A DNA stretch of 64,000 nt from Salinivirgaceae bacterium (GTDB lineage Bacteria; Bacteroidota; Bacteroidia; Bacteroidales; SZUA-534), in NCBI GenBank assembly GCA_024405635.1, contig JAKSOL010000001.1:160001-224000 (forward strand). The letters are read 5' to 3'. The notes beneath the pieces are model-generated. The model made no database searches. It saw only the letters and a list, made by a program, of their open reading frames with translations, and was not told the DNA's origin. Numbering within the stretch: position 1 is the stretch's first letter; the number at the start of each line of letters is the position of its first letter. This document shows positions 45,230 to 55,771 of the stretch, piece after piece. The position numbers and the translations under genes are program-made.

Positions 45230-45859
45230 TTAATCTTTCAAACTACTCAATTGGTTTACATCGCCATCGTTTATTACGTTACCCACCTTGTTAATGAAGA
45301 TGCCAAGAAGGAATACGCTTACAAACACATCGAGCAATACACCAAGGTTAACCAAAAGTGGCATTTCGTTGCCCACTGCAAGCGACAAGATGAATACACC
45401 GTTCTCAATAAGTACGTAACAAATAACATGGGTAATAATCTTTTTGCGGGTAACTATTAAGAATAGTCCGCAGAAAAGTGCCGACAACGCAGTAACAAAA
45501 TATATCTTGTTTAGATGTACTGCCTCAATCAAGTTCGACAATACGAATGTTAGCACAATAATCATTGTTGTAACAAGCAACGATACAAAGTAAGGTACAA
45601 ATGGTTCGGCCTCACGTTTTATCTTGTTTTTCTTTATTACATAACGAATGAAAAGTGGAAGAACAATGGCTTTTACAATCAAGGTCTCAAGAATGATGAA
45701 CGCAAAGTTGAGCACGTTCATATCGTGTAACTCAAGTAATGCCACAAGCATTAGCAACACACCTTGAAACGATAAAATCGACAAGTACGTCATCAACCTG
45801 TTGGCAATTGAAAAGTACAACAGCGTGATGGCAAAGATTATCAGAAGTATATTGGTCAT
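45230..45859 (-). CDS. HyfE-like membrane subunit
   Basis: QG.LL, K.IVLP, RE.EP, ENG.F, GVLLDV, L..LKD. Confidence 0.85.
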   Translation of the reverse strand: MTNILLIIFAITLLYFSIANRLMTYLSILSFQGVLLMLVALLELHDMNVLNFAFIILETLIVKAIVLPLFIRYVIKKNKIKREAEPFVPYFVSLLVTTMIIVLTFVLSNLIEAVHLNKIYFVTALSALFCGLFLIVTRKKIITHVICYVLIENGVFILSLAVGNEMPLLVNLGVLLDVFVSVFLLGIFINKVGNVINDGDVNQLSSLKD

Positions 45860-45889
45860 CTTAATTAATTTTGATTCGTTTTCAAATAA

Positions 45890-46780
45890 TTAGCTCATTA
45901 GTACTCCAAAGAGCATTAGCAATGCCAACGATGATAGCGCAAGTATGAATTGCGCATTGTTGCCCATGCGGAAGCGAGCCATAAACGACTCGATGATACC
46001 AGCCACAATGGCAAGCAAAAATTGTATGCCGAAGAATACTGGAATTGAAACGTATAGCGGCCAGTTGCCAATAAATAGGTTGGCTATGAGTGCTCCATAC
46101 ATTGCAAACTTGAGGTTGGTGGCTTGCAAAATAAGTCCAAGGTCAAAACCGCTATTGTCCAAAATCATCACCTCGTGAATCATTGTCAACTCAAGGTGAG
46201 TTTTTGGGTCGTCAATAGGCATGCGGCTGTTTTCAATCATACATATCATAATGAGCACAAAACACGCAATGGTAACAAGCGCATACGAAAGGTACGAGCC
46301 AATGTGCAGATTCATAAATATGTCGTGAAACGAGGTGTTGCCTGTTAAAAGACCAAGCGAGCCCATAAGAATGAAGAACGCAGGCTCGGCAAGCATTGAG
46401 AAAAGCGCCTCGCGGCTAGCTCCCATGCCCTCAAAACTGCTGCCAGTGTCGAGCGCTGCTATTATGCTAAAAAACTTGCCCAATGCCAAAACGTAGGCAA
46501 AAAACACAAAGTCGCACGAAAACGACACCAAACCTTTTTGCGATCCTAGCGGAACAACCATCATTGCCGCAAGTATTGATGCAAAATAGATTGATGGTGC
46601 AATTTGGAAAATATCGCTTGATGTGTTGCTATATACAGCACCTTTGCGCAACGACCTCCAAATGTCTTTCATTGGCTGCATTATGCCTGGCCCCTTTCGC
46701 CCCGATGCAAGGCTCTTGGTGCGAACAACAATACCTGTGAAAAACAAGCTTGCAATGAAAATTAGTACAAAACTCAACAT
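45890..46780 (-). CDS. HyfC/HycD (NuoH-like) membrane subunit
   Basis: GRKGP...QP..D, ALDTGSSFEGMGASRE, EN.RMP.DDP.THLELTMIHE.M. Confidence 0.9.
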   Translation of the reverse strand: MLSFVLIFIASLFFTGIVVRTKSLASGRKGPGIMQPMKDIWRSLRKGAVYSNTSSDIFQIAPSIYFASILAAMMVVPLGSQKGLVSFSCDFVFFAYVLALGKFFSIIAALDTGSSFEGMGASREALFSMLAEPAFFILMGSLGLLTGNTSFHDIFMNLHIGSYLSYALVTIACFVLIMICMIENSRMPIDDPKTHLELTMIHEVMILDNSGFDLGLILQATNLKFAMYGALIANLFIGNWPLYVSIPVFFGIQFLLAIVAGIIESFMARFRMGNNAQFILALSSLALLMLFGVLMS

Positions 46781-46782
46781 TA

Positions 46783-48804
46783 CTATAATGTATTTAGATA
46801 ATTGATAAACAATCTGATAAGCTTAAACATAAATGGAACGCCAGCAATGAGTATGATGAAGAACATTCCGTAGAATATGTAGAACTGTAAACGGCCGTTT
46901 TGCATGATTGAAAAATGACTCAAAAGTCGTCTAATCATGCGCAAAGGTTTAATAATTAAACCTGTTTCGGTGCGGTCAAGGGCTTCGGTTGCATACTCGG
47001 CTTTGCCGGGGAATATGCCTTCTACATCAATCTTGCGTTTTTTAACTTGTAAAACCGATTTTGCCAAACGTCGGTAACTTCTTACAAACGAACTTGCTGT
47101 GTATTGAATTTTGGGAGTAGGGGCCAAATAACCACAACCCCATGTTTCGCCTTTCGATTCGGGCAAATGCGATGTAAACCAACGGCGTAGGCCATAAACA
47201 ACTGCAGCAATGCCGATAAACACCAGCATGTAGATGCCAATTGCACTGAGAGTAGTAACCGCCTGAAATGATTCGCCAGTAGCATTATTGCCAACAAACT
47301 GTTGCAATGCGCCATTAAGCGCACCAATAAAGAACTTTGGTGCAATACCTATGGCTACAATCATGCCTCCTGCCATATACATTGGAAACAAACGTACAAA
47401 TCCAAATTCTTTAGGCTCGCTGTGAAGTTTTGCGCGTGGTTGTCCAAGGAAAATTGTTCCAAAGGCTTTGGTGAAGCACATTATGGCCAATCCGCCTATT
47501 AGCGCCAAACCTGCCATTGATAATGCCAAAGCAACTGTTCGGCCCGAACCTTGAATGCTGTTGATGCCATCAAACAAACCATTGTATATCAAGAATTCTG
47601 ATACAAAACCATTGAAAGGTGGCAGTCCGCAAATAGCAAGACTTGCCAAAAGAAAGAGCATTGCAGTTTGTGGCATTTTACGTATAAGTCCGCCAAAGTG
47701 TTCAATGTCCATGCAATGTGTGGCTTGATATACATTGCCAGCACCGTAGAAAAGTAGCGATTTGAATAGTGAGTGGTTGAGAACGTGAAGCAATGCGCCT
47801 GCAAAACCAATTATTGCCAACGAATTATTGTTGCAACCAAGAGCAATACATCCAACTCCAATGCCAATACCAATAATGCCAATGTTTTCAACACTATGGT
47901 AAGCCAAAAGTCGTTTCAAATTATGCTGAATAATGGCAAGCATCACACCATAAATTCCTGTTACAACTGAAATGATAAGGATGAAAAATCCCATAACCAT
48001 ATAGTTGACATTGATAATGAGCAACATGCGCATTATTCCGTATATGCCTATTTTGATTAGTACACCCGACATCATGCCCGAAACGTGCGATGGTGCAGCT
48101 GGATGTGCATGTGGCAACCAAGTGTGGAAGGGTACAAAACCTGCTTTGAAGGCAAAACCAACAAAAAATAAAAGCATCAGCCCTAAACTAGCCAAACGCG
48201 ATTGTTGACTAACAAACTGCATTATGCCATCAAACGAGTAAGTGCCCGATACTATGGCTACCCAAATGAATGCCACTGTAAGTAAAAGAATGGCCAAATG
48301 CGACTGAATTAAATAGTTGATTCCCGCACGAATGGTGCGAACTTTTTCTCGTTCAAAAATCACAAGGAAGAATGCTCCAAGTGCCATAATCTCCCACGAA
48401 ATGAGAAATCCAATGCTGTTGCGCATTGCACAAACCGACATCAGTCCCGCATGAACTAGTAAATAACATATCCAATGCAAACTCAGTTCATTGCGGCTAT
48501 CGGCATAGGCATTCATGTACTGCTGTCCGTAAATAACGCTTGTTATCATTGTGAAACTAATGACAAGCATAAACCACGCCGACAATGGATCTATCTCCAT
48601 GCCGATTGGTCCTGTTACATACGAACCTGCAAAATTGTATGTGTGTGTGTTTCCTATTAGTGCGTCAACCGCTGGTACTGCACTTATTGCCGCCATTGCA
48701 ACTATTCCGTAAATAGCAACAATTCCCTTTGTGCGAGGTGCAACAATGCTCACAACAACTGCTGCGAGCAACAAAACCAACAAGTAAACGCCTACAAGCA
48801 TCAT
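46783..48804 (-). CDS. HyfB/HycC-like antiporter-type subunit (paralogue 2)
   Basis: WEIMAL, KAGFVPFHTWLPHAHPAAPSHVSG, KRLLAYHSVENIGI, PPFNGFVSE, TWGCGY. Confidence 0.9.
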   Translation of the reverse strand: MMLVGVYLLVLLLAAVVVSIVAPRTKGIVAIYGIVAMAAISAVPAVDALIGNTHTYNFAGSYVTGPIGMEIDPLSAWFMLVISFTMITSVIYGQQYMNAYADSRNELSLHWICYLLVHAGLMSVCAMRNSIGFLISWEIMALGAFFLVIFEREKVRTIRAGINYLIQSHLAILLLTVAFIWVAIVSGTYSFDGIMQFVSQQSRLASLGLMLLFFVGFAFKAGFVPFHTWLPHAHPAAPSHVSGMMSGVLIKIGIYGIMRMLLIINVNYMVMGFFILIISVVTGIYGVMLAIIQHNLKRLLAYHSVENIGIIGIGIGVGCIALGCNNNSLAIIGFAGALLHVLNHSLFKSLLFYGAGNVYQATHCMDIEHFGGLIRKMPQTAMLFLLASLAICGLPPFNGFVSEFLIYNGLFDGINSIQGSGRTVALALSMAGLALIGGLAIMCFTKAFGTIFLGQPRAKLHSEPKEFGFVRLFPMYMAGGMIVAIGIAPKFFIGALNGALQQFVGNNATGESFQAVTTLSAIGIYMLVFIGIAAVVYGLRRWFTSHLPESKGETWGCGYLAPTPKIQYTASSFVRSYRRLAKSVLQVKKRKIDVEGIFPGKAEYATEALDRTETGLIIKPLRMIRRLLSHFSIMQNGRLQFYIFYGMFFIILIAGVPFMFKLIRLFINYLNTL

Positions 48805-48805
48805 A

Positions 48806-50788
48806 CTATAGCCAATTGAATAATGAGCAAATTAATACCGCAATAACAAAACCAAGTCCGTACAAAATGTATTGTTGAAGTTGTCCGTTTTGAATAAACT
48901 GAAACTTGTTAAGCAATTCAACCCACTTTGTTAAAATGCCATTGAAAATGCGAATCTCAAAGAAATCGGAGTAGTGCGAAACATATTGGCGTTCTTTTGG
49001 AAATACTTCACCCTCAACAAGTTCGTCATATTCTTTCTTCTCAACCAATACGCCACCCAATAACTTGCCAAGTGTTTTTGAATATGACTTTCCAGTGTAT
49101 TGAATGCTCGATTTAGGTGCAAGGTATCCGCAGCCCCATGTTGGACCAACCGACGATGGTTGACGTGATGTGAGCCAAAAACGAATGGCCAAAACCACTC
49201 CAATTATGCCCAAGAACAACAAAGAGTAACGACCTATTGATGTCATTGCTCCAACAACACCAACTGGAACCGCTGCAACTTGCGCCCCAATTAATGTTGA
49301 CACAACTTGTTGTGCCGCACCAATATAAAACGAAGGTACCAAAGCAACGCTCATCATTACCACTATAATAATATATTGTGGTAAGCGCATCAAAATTGGA
49401 ACTTCAACTGGCTCGCTATGCAGATGCGAACGGCGTTGACCAAGAAATATAACGCCAAAGCACTTTGTGAATGCCATTACCGATGCTCCTCCAATAATTG
49501 AAAGCGTTGCAATGGAAAGAATCATCATTATTGAATGTAGCATTCCTGCGTTGTTCAAACCGTAAAATAGTCCCGAATAAATAACAAATTCCGACACAAA
49601 TCCGTTGAATGGTGGCATGCCGCCAATGGCAAGCGCTCCAATAAGAAATATAAAGGCCGACTTTGGCATTTGCTTAATAAGTCCGCCAAGTTTTTCCATG
49701 TCGCGGGTGTGTGTCTGCTGATAAATTGAGCCCGACGTAAAGAACAAAAGTGATTTGAAAAGCGAGTGGTTTAGTACGTGCAATAATGCGCCCACAAAAC
49801 CAATCATTGTAATAATTGGATTTTGAAGCCCAAGACCAATAAGTCCAAGTCCAAGACCAATGCCTATAATACCAATATTCTCAATAGTGCAATAAGCCAA
49901 CACTCGTTTAAAATCGCGGTGTACAGCCGAGTTTACAATTCCAAAAATGCCAGTGAGCAACGATATTGATAAAAGAACTTTGCCAATTAGCATATAGTCG
50001 GTCTGAAGATACGCTATCACTCTAATTATTCCGTAGATGCCCATCTTGACAATCACACCCGACATAACACCCGAAACGTGCGAAGGGGCAGCAGGGTGAG
50101 CGTGTGGCAACCATGAGTGCAATGGAATAAAACCTGCTTTTATGCCAAAACCGATAAACAAAAGCAAGAATAACCAAACGTTGCTATTGCCTGCAAAGAA
50201 TGTTCCTATTGCAGACATATCAAGCGAACCGGTTTTTAAATACACCCAAATGAAAGCAACAGTTAAAAATGCCACACCCAAGTGCATTTGTATCATATAG
50301 TTCAAACCTACTTTTTGTGTGTCTTCGCGCTCGCTTTCAAACATCACTAGCAACAGCGATGATAAAGACATTAATTCCCAAGCTACAAGAAACGCCAACA
50401 TGTTTTGCAACATGCACACCCACAACATCGACGATTGAAACACCATAAAATAAATCCAATGCAGTGTCAATGCGCTCTTGCGTTCGCTGTATGCACGCAT
50501 GTAACCAATGCCGTAGGCTGCACCTGTCAAGCATGTAAAATTTACAATCAAAATAAACCAAGCCGACAAAGCATCAACACGAACAGCAACATCACCAAAA
50601 ATTGGTAATGTGGCCACGATATTGTCAATTGGATTGCCAAGCAAAACTCCAACTGCTGCCATTGAGCTGAATACGCCAACGGCAAAAACGGCTAACAGAT
50701 TGAGCCACGGCTTGATACGTGATGGCGCTAACGATACAAACAATATGCCTAATACCAACGCTAATGCCGAAAAAATAATGTCTGTCAT
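48806..50788 (-). CDS. HyfB/HycC-like antiporter-type subunit (paralogue 1)
   Basis: WELMSL, KAGFIPLHSWLPHAHPAAPSHVSG, KRVLAYCTIENIGI, PPFNGFVSE, TWGCGY. Confidence 0.9.
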   Translation of the reverse strand: MTDIIFSALALVLGILFVSLAPSRIKPWLNLLAVFAVGVFSSMAAVGVLLGNPIDNIVATLPIFGDVAVRVDALSAWFILIVNFTCLTGAAYGIGYMRAYSERKSALTLHWIYFMVFQSSMLWVCMLQNMLAFLVAWELMSLSSLLLVMFESEREDTQKVGLNYMIQMHLGVAFLTVAFIWVYLKTGSLDMSAIGTFFAGNSNVWLFLLLFIGFGIKAGFIPLHSWLPHAHPAAPSHVSGVMSGVIVKMGIYGIIRVIAYLQTDYMLIGKVLLSISLLTGIFGIVNSAVHRDFKRVLAYCTIENIGIIGIGLGLGLIGLGLQNPIITMIGFVGALLHVLNHSLFKSLLFFTSGSIYQQTHTRDMEKLGGLIKQMPKSAFIFLIGALAIGGMPPFNGFVSEFVIYSGLFYGLNNAGMLHSIMMILSIATLSIIGGASVMAFTKCFGVIFLGQRRSHLHSEPVEVPILMRLPQYIIIVVMMSVALVPSFYIGAAQQVVSTLIGAQVAAVPVGVVGAMTSIGRYSLLFLGIIGVVLAIRFWLTSRQPSSVGPTWGCGYLAPKSSIQYTGKSYSKTLGKLLGGVLVEKKEYDELVEGEVFPKERQYVSHYSDFFEIRIFNGILTKWVELLNKFQFIQNGQLQQYILYGLGFVIAVLICSLFNWL

Positions 50789-50818
50789 AGATACTTATAC
50801 CTCCCGAAAAAGAAAGCG

Positions 50819-50826
50819 CAAAAGTA
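50819..50826 (-). promoter_or_regulatory. -7 promoter box of the Ehr operon
   Basis: TACTTTTG on the minus strand about 30 nt upstream of the first ATG. Confidence 0.55.
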
Positions 50827-51084
50827 TAGATTATGCAGCTAAATTGTACCGAAAATAATGCTAAAAATTTAGGCTTTTTCAACGGCATTTTCAAAGCCCA
50901 AAACTCATTGGCTTTTTGTGACTTCTGAACTTGTATGAACTGCCTTTTTGATACTTTAAATTTATCGCTTAACATGTTCAATTTAATCAAGCTTGCAATT
51001 GTTAAAAAACCGTGAAAAAATGGAACATATTCCTACCGTTGGTCAGCACTTTTAGGCTTTATTTTGCATTAAATGACTAATTGT

Positions 51085-52029
51085 ATGGCAAACGAACAGG
51101 TTAAACTACTTATAATAGGTTCAGGTCCAGCAGGTTATACAGCTGCAATTTATGCGTCACGAGCAAATTTATCGCCAGTTTTGATTGAAGGTTTGCAAGT
51201 GGGCGGACAACTAACCACAACAACCGACATTGAAAACTTTCCTGGTTACCCAAACGGCATCTCGGGTGCCGAAATGATGGAAGACCTTCGTCGTCAAGCT
51301 GAACGCTTTGGTACCGAAATGCGCTTTGGTATGGTTACTAGTGTCGATTTTTCGGGCGATAAAAAACTGGTCACAGTTGATGGCGATAAACTGATTGAGG
51401 CTGAGGCTGTTATTGTTGCTACTGGCGCAACTGCAAAATATCTGGGCTTGCCCTCCGAGGCTAAATTCCGCGGCAGTGGTGTTTCGGCTTGTGCTACTTG
51501 CGATGGCTTTTTTTACCGCAAAAAAGATGTAGCAGTAGTTGGCGGCGGCGATACCGCTTGCGAAGAAGCTACCTATCTGGCCCATTTATGCAACAAAGTA
51601 TATCTTATTGTACGCAAAGATGCATTACGAGCTTCAAAAGCAATGCAACAACGCGTGTTCAACACTCCTAACATCGAAGTGCTGTTTGAGCATAACACAT
51701 TGGAACTAACTGGTACCGATGTGGTTGAGGGCGCCCGTTTGGTATTTCGACAAGGCACTGCCGACGAGCAAATTCGCGACATTAAAATCGACGGCTTTTT
51801 CCTCGCAATTGGCCACAAACCAAACAGCGATGTGTTTGCTAAATACCTTGATACCGACGATGCTGGATACATTAAAACAATAGCAGGTACTTCAAAAACC
51901 AATGTGACAGGCGTGTTCGCTTGTGGCGATGTGCAAGATCCGCGCTACCGTCAAGCTATTACAGCCGCAGGTTCGGGATGCAAGGCTGCTCTCGATGCTG
52001 AACAATATATTCTTTCACGAAACGATTAA
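51085..52029 (+). CDS. trxB: Thioredoxin-disulfide reductase
   Basis: IIGSGPAGYTAA, GGQL..T, SACATCDG, GGGDTACEEA, RQAITAAG.G. Confidence 0.96.
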   Translation: MANEQVKLLIIGSGPAGYTAAIYASRANLSPVLIEGLQVGGQLTTTTDIENFPGYPNGISGAEMMEDLRRQAERFGTEMRFGMVTSVDFSGDKKLVTVDGDKLIEAEAVIVATGATAKYLGLPSEAKFRGSGVSACATCDGFFYRKKDVAVVGGGDTACEEATYLAHLCNKVYLIVRKDALRASKAMQQRVFNTPNIEVLFEHNTLELTGTDVVEGARLVFRQGTADEQIRDIKIDGFFLAIGHKPNSDVFAKYLDTDDAGYIKTIAGTSKTNVTGVFACGDVQDPRYRQAITAAGSGCKAALDAEQYILSRND

Positions 52030-52031
52030 AT

Positions 52032-54740
52032 ATGGATTTGGTAATTGAGTTTGACTGCCGTTGCCAATTACAATGGGGACAACGATTGATGGTAGTTGGA
52101 TCGTCGGAAGTACTTGGCTTTTGGAATGTTGAAAATGCATTGGCACTTGAATGTTACGAGTACGATCGCTGGCATCTTACCATTCATCACGACGAAAATG
52201 AGGCTCCGTTTAGTTATAAATACGCTATTTACGACGAACGAACCGATACTTATATAATTGAAAAACGCCGAGCTAGGTATATTTCAAAATTTAAGCGTTC
52301 GCGCGAATATCGTTTTTGCGATTTTTGGCAAGATGCCGATGCTGAAACATTTGCTCATTTGAGTAATGTGGCTACTAAAATGTTGATGAAGAGCAAAAAA
52401 CGTTCTCGAATCAATCGCAGCCACGCAACCGTTGTTCGGTTTGGATTGTATGCTCCGGCAATTACTGCAACTCAATATATCTGCATCACAGGAGCTTGCG
52501 ATGCTTTAGGTTGGTGGGACGTAAACCGAGCAATTCCTCTAAACCTTGACGAGGGCGGTTTTTGGAACATCAGTCTTGAAGGTGCTGATATGCCACAATG
52601 GCTTGAGTATAAGTATGTTGTAAAAGATTTGAACGATGCTCAATTCTTGCATTGGGAGGAGGGCCCAAACCGAATTTTCCGCAAAACACGCACCGAGGAG
52701 GTCCTTTCAACTTATGTTAACGATGGAATTTTAATCTATGGTGAATGCCAAATGCGAGCGGCTGGCGTAAACATTCCAGTGTTCTCGTTGCGTAGCGAAC
52801 GCAGTTTTGGTGTGGGCGATTTCACCGATTTGAAACTAATGGCCGATTGGGCAGCATTGGTCGGTATTCGCCTTATTCAAATTCTGCCAGTTAACGATAC
52901 TACTGCAACATATTCATTCTTAGATTCTTATCCATATAACTCAATATCGGTTTTTGCCCTTAATCCAATTTATTTGGACGTGTACCGAATGGGCAAACTC
53001 AGCGACGAACAACGCATGGCCAATTATGAGCGTAATAGGCTGCAATTAAATGCGTTGCAAACTGTTGACTACGAAAATGTACTGAAACTGAAATTGCAAT
53101 ATTGCGACGACTATTTTACTGAACAACAGCATTTTATATTAGAAGACGAGGGCTTTGCTGAATTTATTGAAAACAACGCCTCGTGGCTAAAACCGTATGC
53201 TGCGTTTAGCGTTTTGCGCGATGTGTTCCGCACTTGCGATTTTCGACGTTGGGACAGCAAATCACATTTTGCACCTAAGTTGATTGACGACATGTTCAGC
53301 CCAAATTCAATATACTACTTCAAGTGTATGAAATGGTGCTTCATTCAGTATCATTTGGACAAACAGTTGGCTGAAGCAAACGACTACGCAATGCGCAAAG
53401 GCGTGGCCATTAAGGGCGATATTCCAATTGGTGTAAATCGTTGTGGTGTAGATGCTTGGAGCAATCCTCAGCTGTTTAACTTTGGAGGACAAGCAGGTGC
53501 GCCCCCCGACGATTTTGCTGAAGATGGTCAAAACTGGGGATTCCCAACTTACAAGTGGGACGAAATGGCAAAAGACGGCTATGCTTGGTGGCGCAGCCGC
53601 TTGCAGCAAATGAGCAAATACTCGTCGGCTTACCGCATCGACCACATATTGGGCTTTTTCCGCATTTGGGAAATACCAACTAATGCAAAATCGGGATTGT
53701 TGGGCCATTTTTGTCCAGCTAAACCATTGTCGCGCAAAGAATTGCAAGAGTCCGGACTTGAGTTTGATGAGGAGCGACTTTGTTCTCCTTTTATTACAAA
53801 CCAAACCCTTGATGCCATTTTTGGAGATAAGGCAGCAAAAGTTAAATCGCGGTTTTTGAACCAAACCGATGATAATACATATCAGCTAAAACCTGAATTT
53901 GATACCCAAGCCAAAATATATGAGCAGTTGGTGGGGCATAAAAATCCCGAATCGTTAGCCGACCGCACACGAGAATTGCTCAACGGATTGCTAAAACTAG
54001 TAACCGAAGTGCTACTATTGCCCGATACTCAAGACGGATTTTACCATCCCCGTATTTCAATCGATAAATCGTTGTCGTTTAAGCAACTAAACAACGAGCA
54101 ACAAACAGTTTTGTTGAACATTTACAACGACTTTTTCTTCAACCGCCATAACGATTTTTGGGCTAAACAGGCAATAATAAAACTAACGTCGTTGGTCGAA
54201 AGTTCGCGCATGCTAGTTTGTGGCGAAGATTTAGGTATGATTCCAGCCTGTGTGGCGCCAATAATGTCGCAGTTAGGCATTTTAAGTCTTGAAATACAAC
54301 GAATGCCAAAAGATTTTGTTGAGTTTGTAAACCTGCAAAACATACCATACCTATCGGTTTGCGCTACATCATCGCACGACTTGTCAAACATTAGAGCGTG
54401 GTGGCAAGAAAATGCCGAATCGACACAACGCTATTACAATCAACTGCTTCAACATAAAGGAGTTGCACCATCATGTGCCGACGCTTCTATTTGTAAAGAA
54501 GTTATTATGCAGCACCTAAATTCGCCAGCAATGTTGGCTGTGGTTCCTGTGCAAGACTTTTTTGCAGTGATGGGTGATAAATATGTTGTAGCCGATCCAA
54601 CAACCGAGCGCATCAATGTTCCTGCAAACCCACGCAACTATTGGCACTATAGAATGCACGTCAACCTTGAGCAAATGATTCGCGATAAAGTTGCTTTGCG
54701 AGTAGTTCGCGATATGATTACAACTTCAAAACGAAATTGA
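52032..54740 (+). CDS. malQ: 4-alpha-glucanotransferase (GH77) with two N-terminal CBM20 modules
   Basis: Two G...LG.W....A..L CBM20 motifs; KGDIPIGV, GAPPD.F...GQNWGFP, RIDHILGFFRIW, CGEDLG, SSHD. Confidence 0.92.
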   Translation: MDLVIEFDCRCQLQWGQRLMVVGSSEVLGFWNVENALALECYEYDRWHLTIHHDENEAPFSYKYAIYDERTDTYIIEKRRARYISKFKRSREYRFCDFWQDADAETFAHLSNVATKMLMKSKKRSRINRSHATVVRFGLYAPAITATQYICITGACDALGWWDVNRAIPLNLDEGGFWNISLEGADMPQWLEYKYVVKDLNDAQFLHWEEGPNRIFRKTRTEEVLSTYVNDGILIYGECQMRAAGVNIPVFSLRSERSFGVGDFTDLKLMADWAALVGIRLIQILPVNDTTATYSFLDSYPYNSISVFALNPIYLDVYRMGKLSDEQRMANYERNRLQLNALQTVDYENVLKLKLQYCDDYFTEQQHFILEDEGFAEFIENNASWLKPYAAFSVLRDVFRTCDFRRWDSKSHFAPKLIDDMFSPNSIYYFKCMKWCFIQYHLDKQLAEANDYAMRKGVAIKGDIPIGVNRCGVDAWSNPQLFNFGGQAGAPPDDFAEDGQNWGFPTYKWDEMAKDGYAWWRSRLQQMSKYSSAYRIDHILGFFRIWEIPTNAKSGLLGHFCPAKPLSRKELQESGLEFDEERLCSPFITNQTLDAIFGDKAAKVKSRFLNQTDDNTYQLKPEFDTQAKIYEQLVGHKNPESLADRTRELLNGLLKLVTEVLLLPDTQDGFYHPRISIDKSLSFKQLNNEQQTVLLNIYNDFFFNRHNDFWAKQAIIKLTSLVESSRMLVCGEDLGMIPACVAPIMSQLGILSLEIQRMPKDFVEFVNLQNIPYLSVCATSSHDLSNIRAWWQENAESTQRYYNQLLQHKGVAPSCADASICKEVIMQHLNSPAMLAVVPVQDFFAVMGDKYVVADPTTERINVPANPRNYWHYRMHVNLEQMIRDKVALRVVRDMITTSKRN

Positions 54741-54757
54741 CCTATTAAAAAACAAAT

Positions 54758-55771
54758 ATGGCAACCAAATTCAAACGCTATGTTATTCGCCCAATTCGAG
54801 ACCGAATAGTTTATTGGTTTTTTATTTTAATGTACAGCACCTTGTATATTATGCCGCGACGCCCAATTTTGTGGTGGCATGGCAAATTAAGTGGAATGGC
54901 TTTTAAGATAATGGGCAACATTCGTAAACAGGCCATTCAGCATTTAAAATACGCTTATGGCAACGAACTAAGCGATACCCAATGCAAGCAGATAGCGCGC
55001 AAAATGTTTGATAGTCTTGCCAAAACATTAACCGACTACGCTTTTTTTAGCCACATGCATACTCGCGATGAATTTTCACGCTATTTTAAATTTGAAGGCG
55101 AAGAACATTTGCAAGCTGCATACAAACGAGGCAAAGGCGTGTTGTGTATGATACCCCACACACCAGGTTGGGAGTTCTCGGCAATAATGCCACCAATTAT
55201 GGGATATAAATCGTTAGGCGTAAGTAGTAGACTGAAAAACAAAAAGTTAAACGAATTTGCAGTTCGTATGCGCGAGTCGCGAGGAATGCGCGATGTTATT
55301 CGCGAACAATGCTACGACGAACTAGTGCGCAGCCTTAAAGCTGGCGAGTGCTTAATAATTATGATTGACCAAGATAGTATGCGCGTACGCGGTGAGTTTG
55401 TTAATTTCTTTGGCAAACCAGCCTACACACCAATTGGTTGTGCCCGGTTGGCTCAAGAAACTGGGGCCGCAGTGGTGCCAATGGCAACCATTCGAAACGA
55501 CGAAACAAACTCCTACACGTTCAAAATTTGGCCCGAAATTCCTTACGAAGATTATGGCGATACAACCCAAAATTATATTCGCAACACTCAGAAATACAAC
55601 GATATAATTGAAAAAATAATTCGCCAAAATCCAGAACAATGGGTATGGTTGCACAAACGTTGGAATACAACCCCCGAATTGTTGGCGGCATACTTAGAAG
55701 ACAGGAGAGCAACAAAAGCCAAAAAACTATTGCAACAACAAAATACTACAAACAATGGACAAAAACTTTAA
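54758..55771 (+). CDS. Lipid A/lysophospholipid acyltransferase (LpxL/HtrB family)
   Basis: H..GWE, DQD, FFGKPA.T, IRQNPEQW.WLHKRW. Confidence 0.85.
   Translation: MATKFKRYVIRPIRDRIVYWFFILMYSTLYIMPRRPILWWHGKLSGMAFKIMGNIRKQAIQHLKYAYGNELSDTQCKQIARKMFDSLAKTLTDYAFFSHMHTRDEFSRYFKFEGEEHLQAAYKRGKGVLCMIPHTPGWEFSAIMPPIMGYKSLGVSSRLKNKKLNEFAVRMRESRGMRDVIREQCYDELVRSLKAGECLIIMIDQDSMRVRGEFVNFFGKPAYTPIGCARLAQETGAAVVPMATIRNDETNSYTFKIWPEIPYEDYGDTTQNYIRNTQKYNDIIEKIIRQNPEQWVWLHKRWNTTPELLAAYLEDRRATKAKKLLQQQNTTNNGQKL

Noticed and set aside
41498-50788. Calling the operon a NiFe hydrogenase-4/formate hydrogenlyase or NADH dehydrogenase I
   Set aside because: Both Ni-binding CxxC motifs are missing, and no maturation, Fdh or NuoEFG genes are adjacent.
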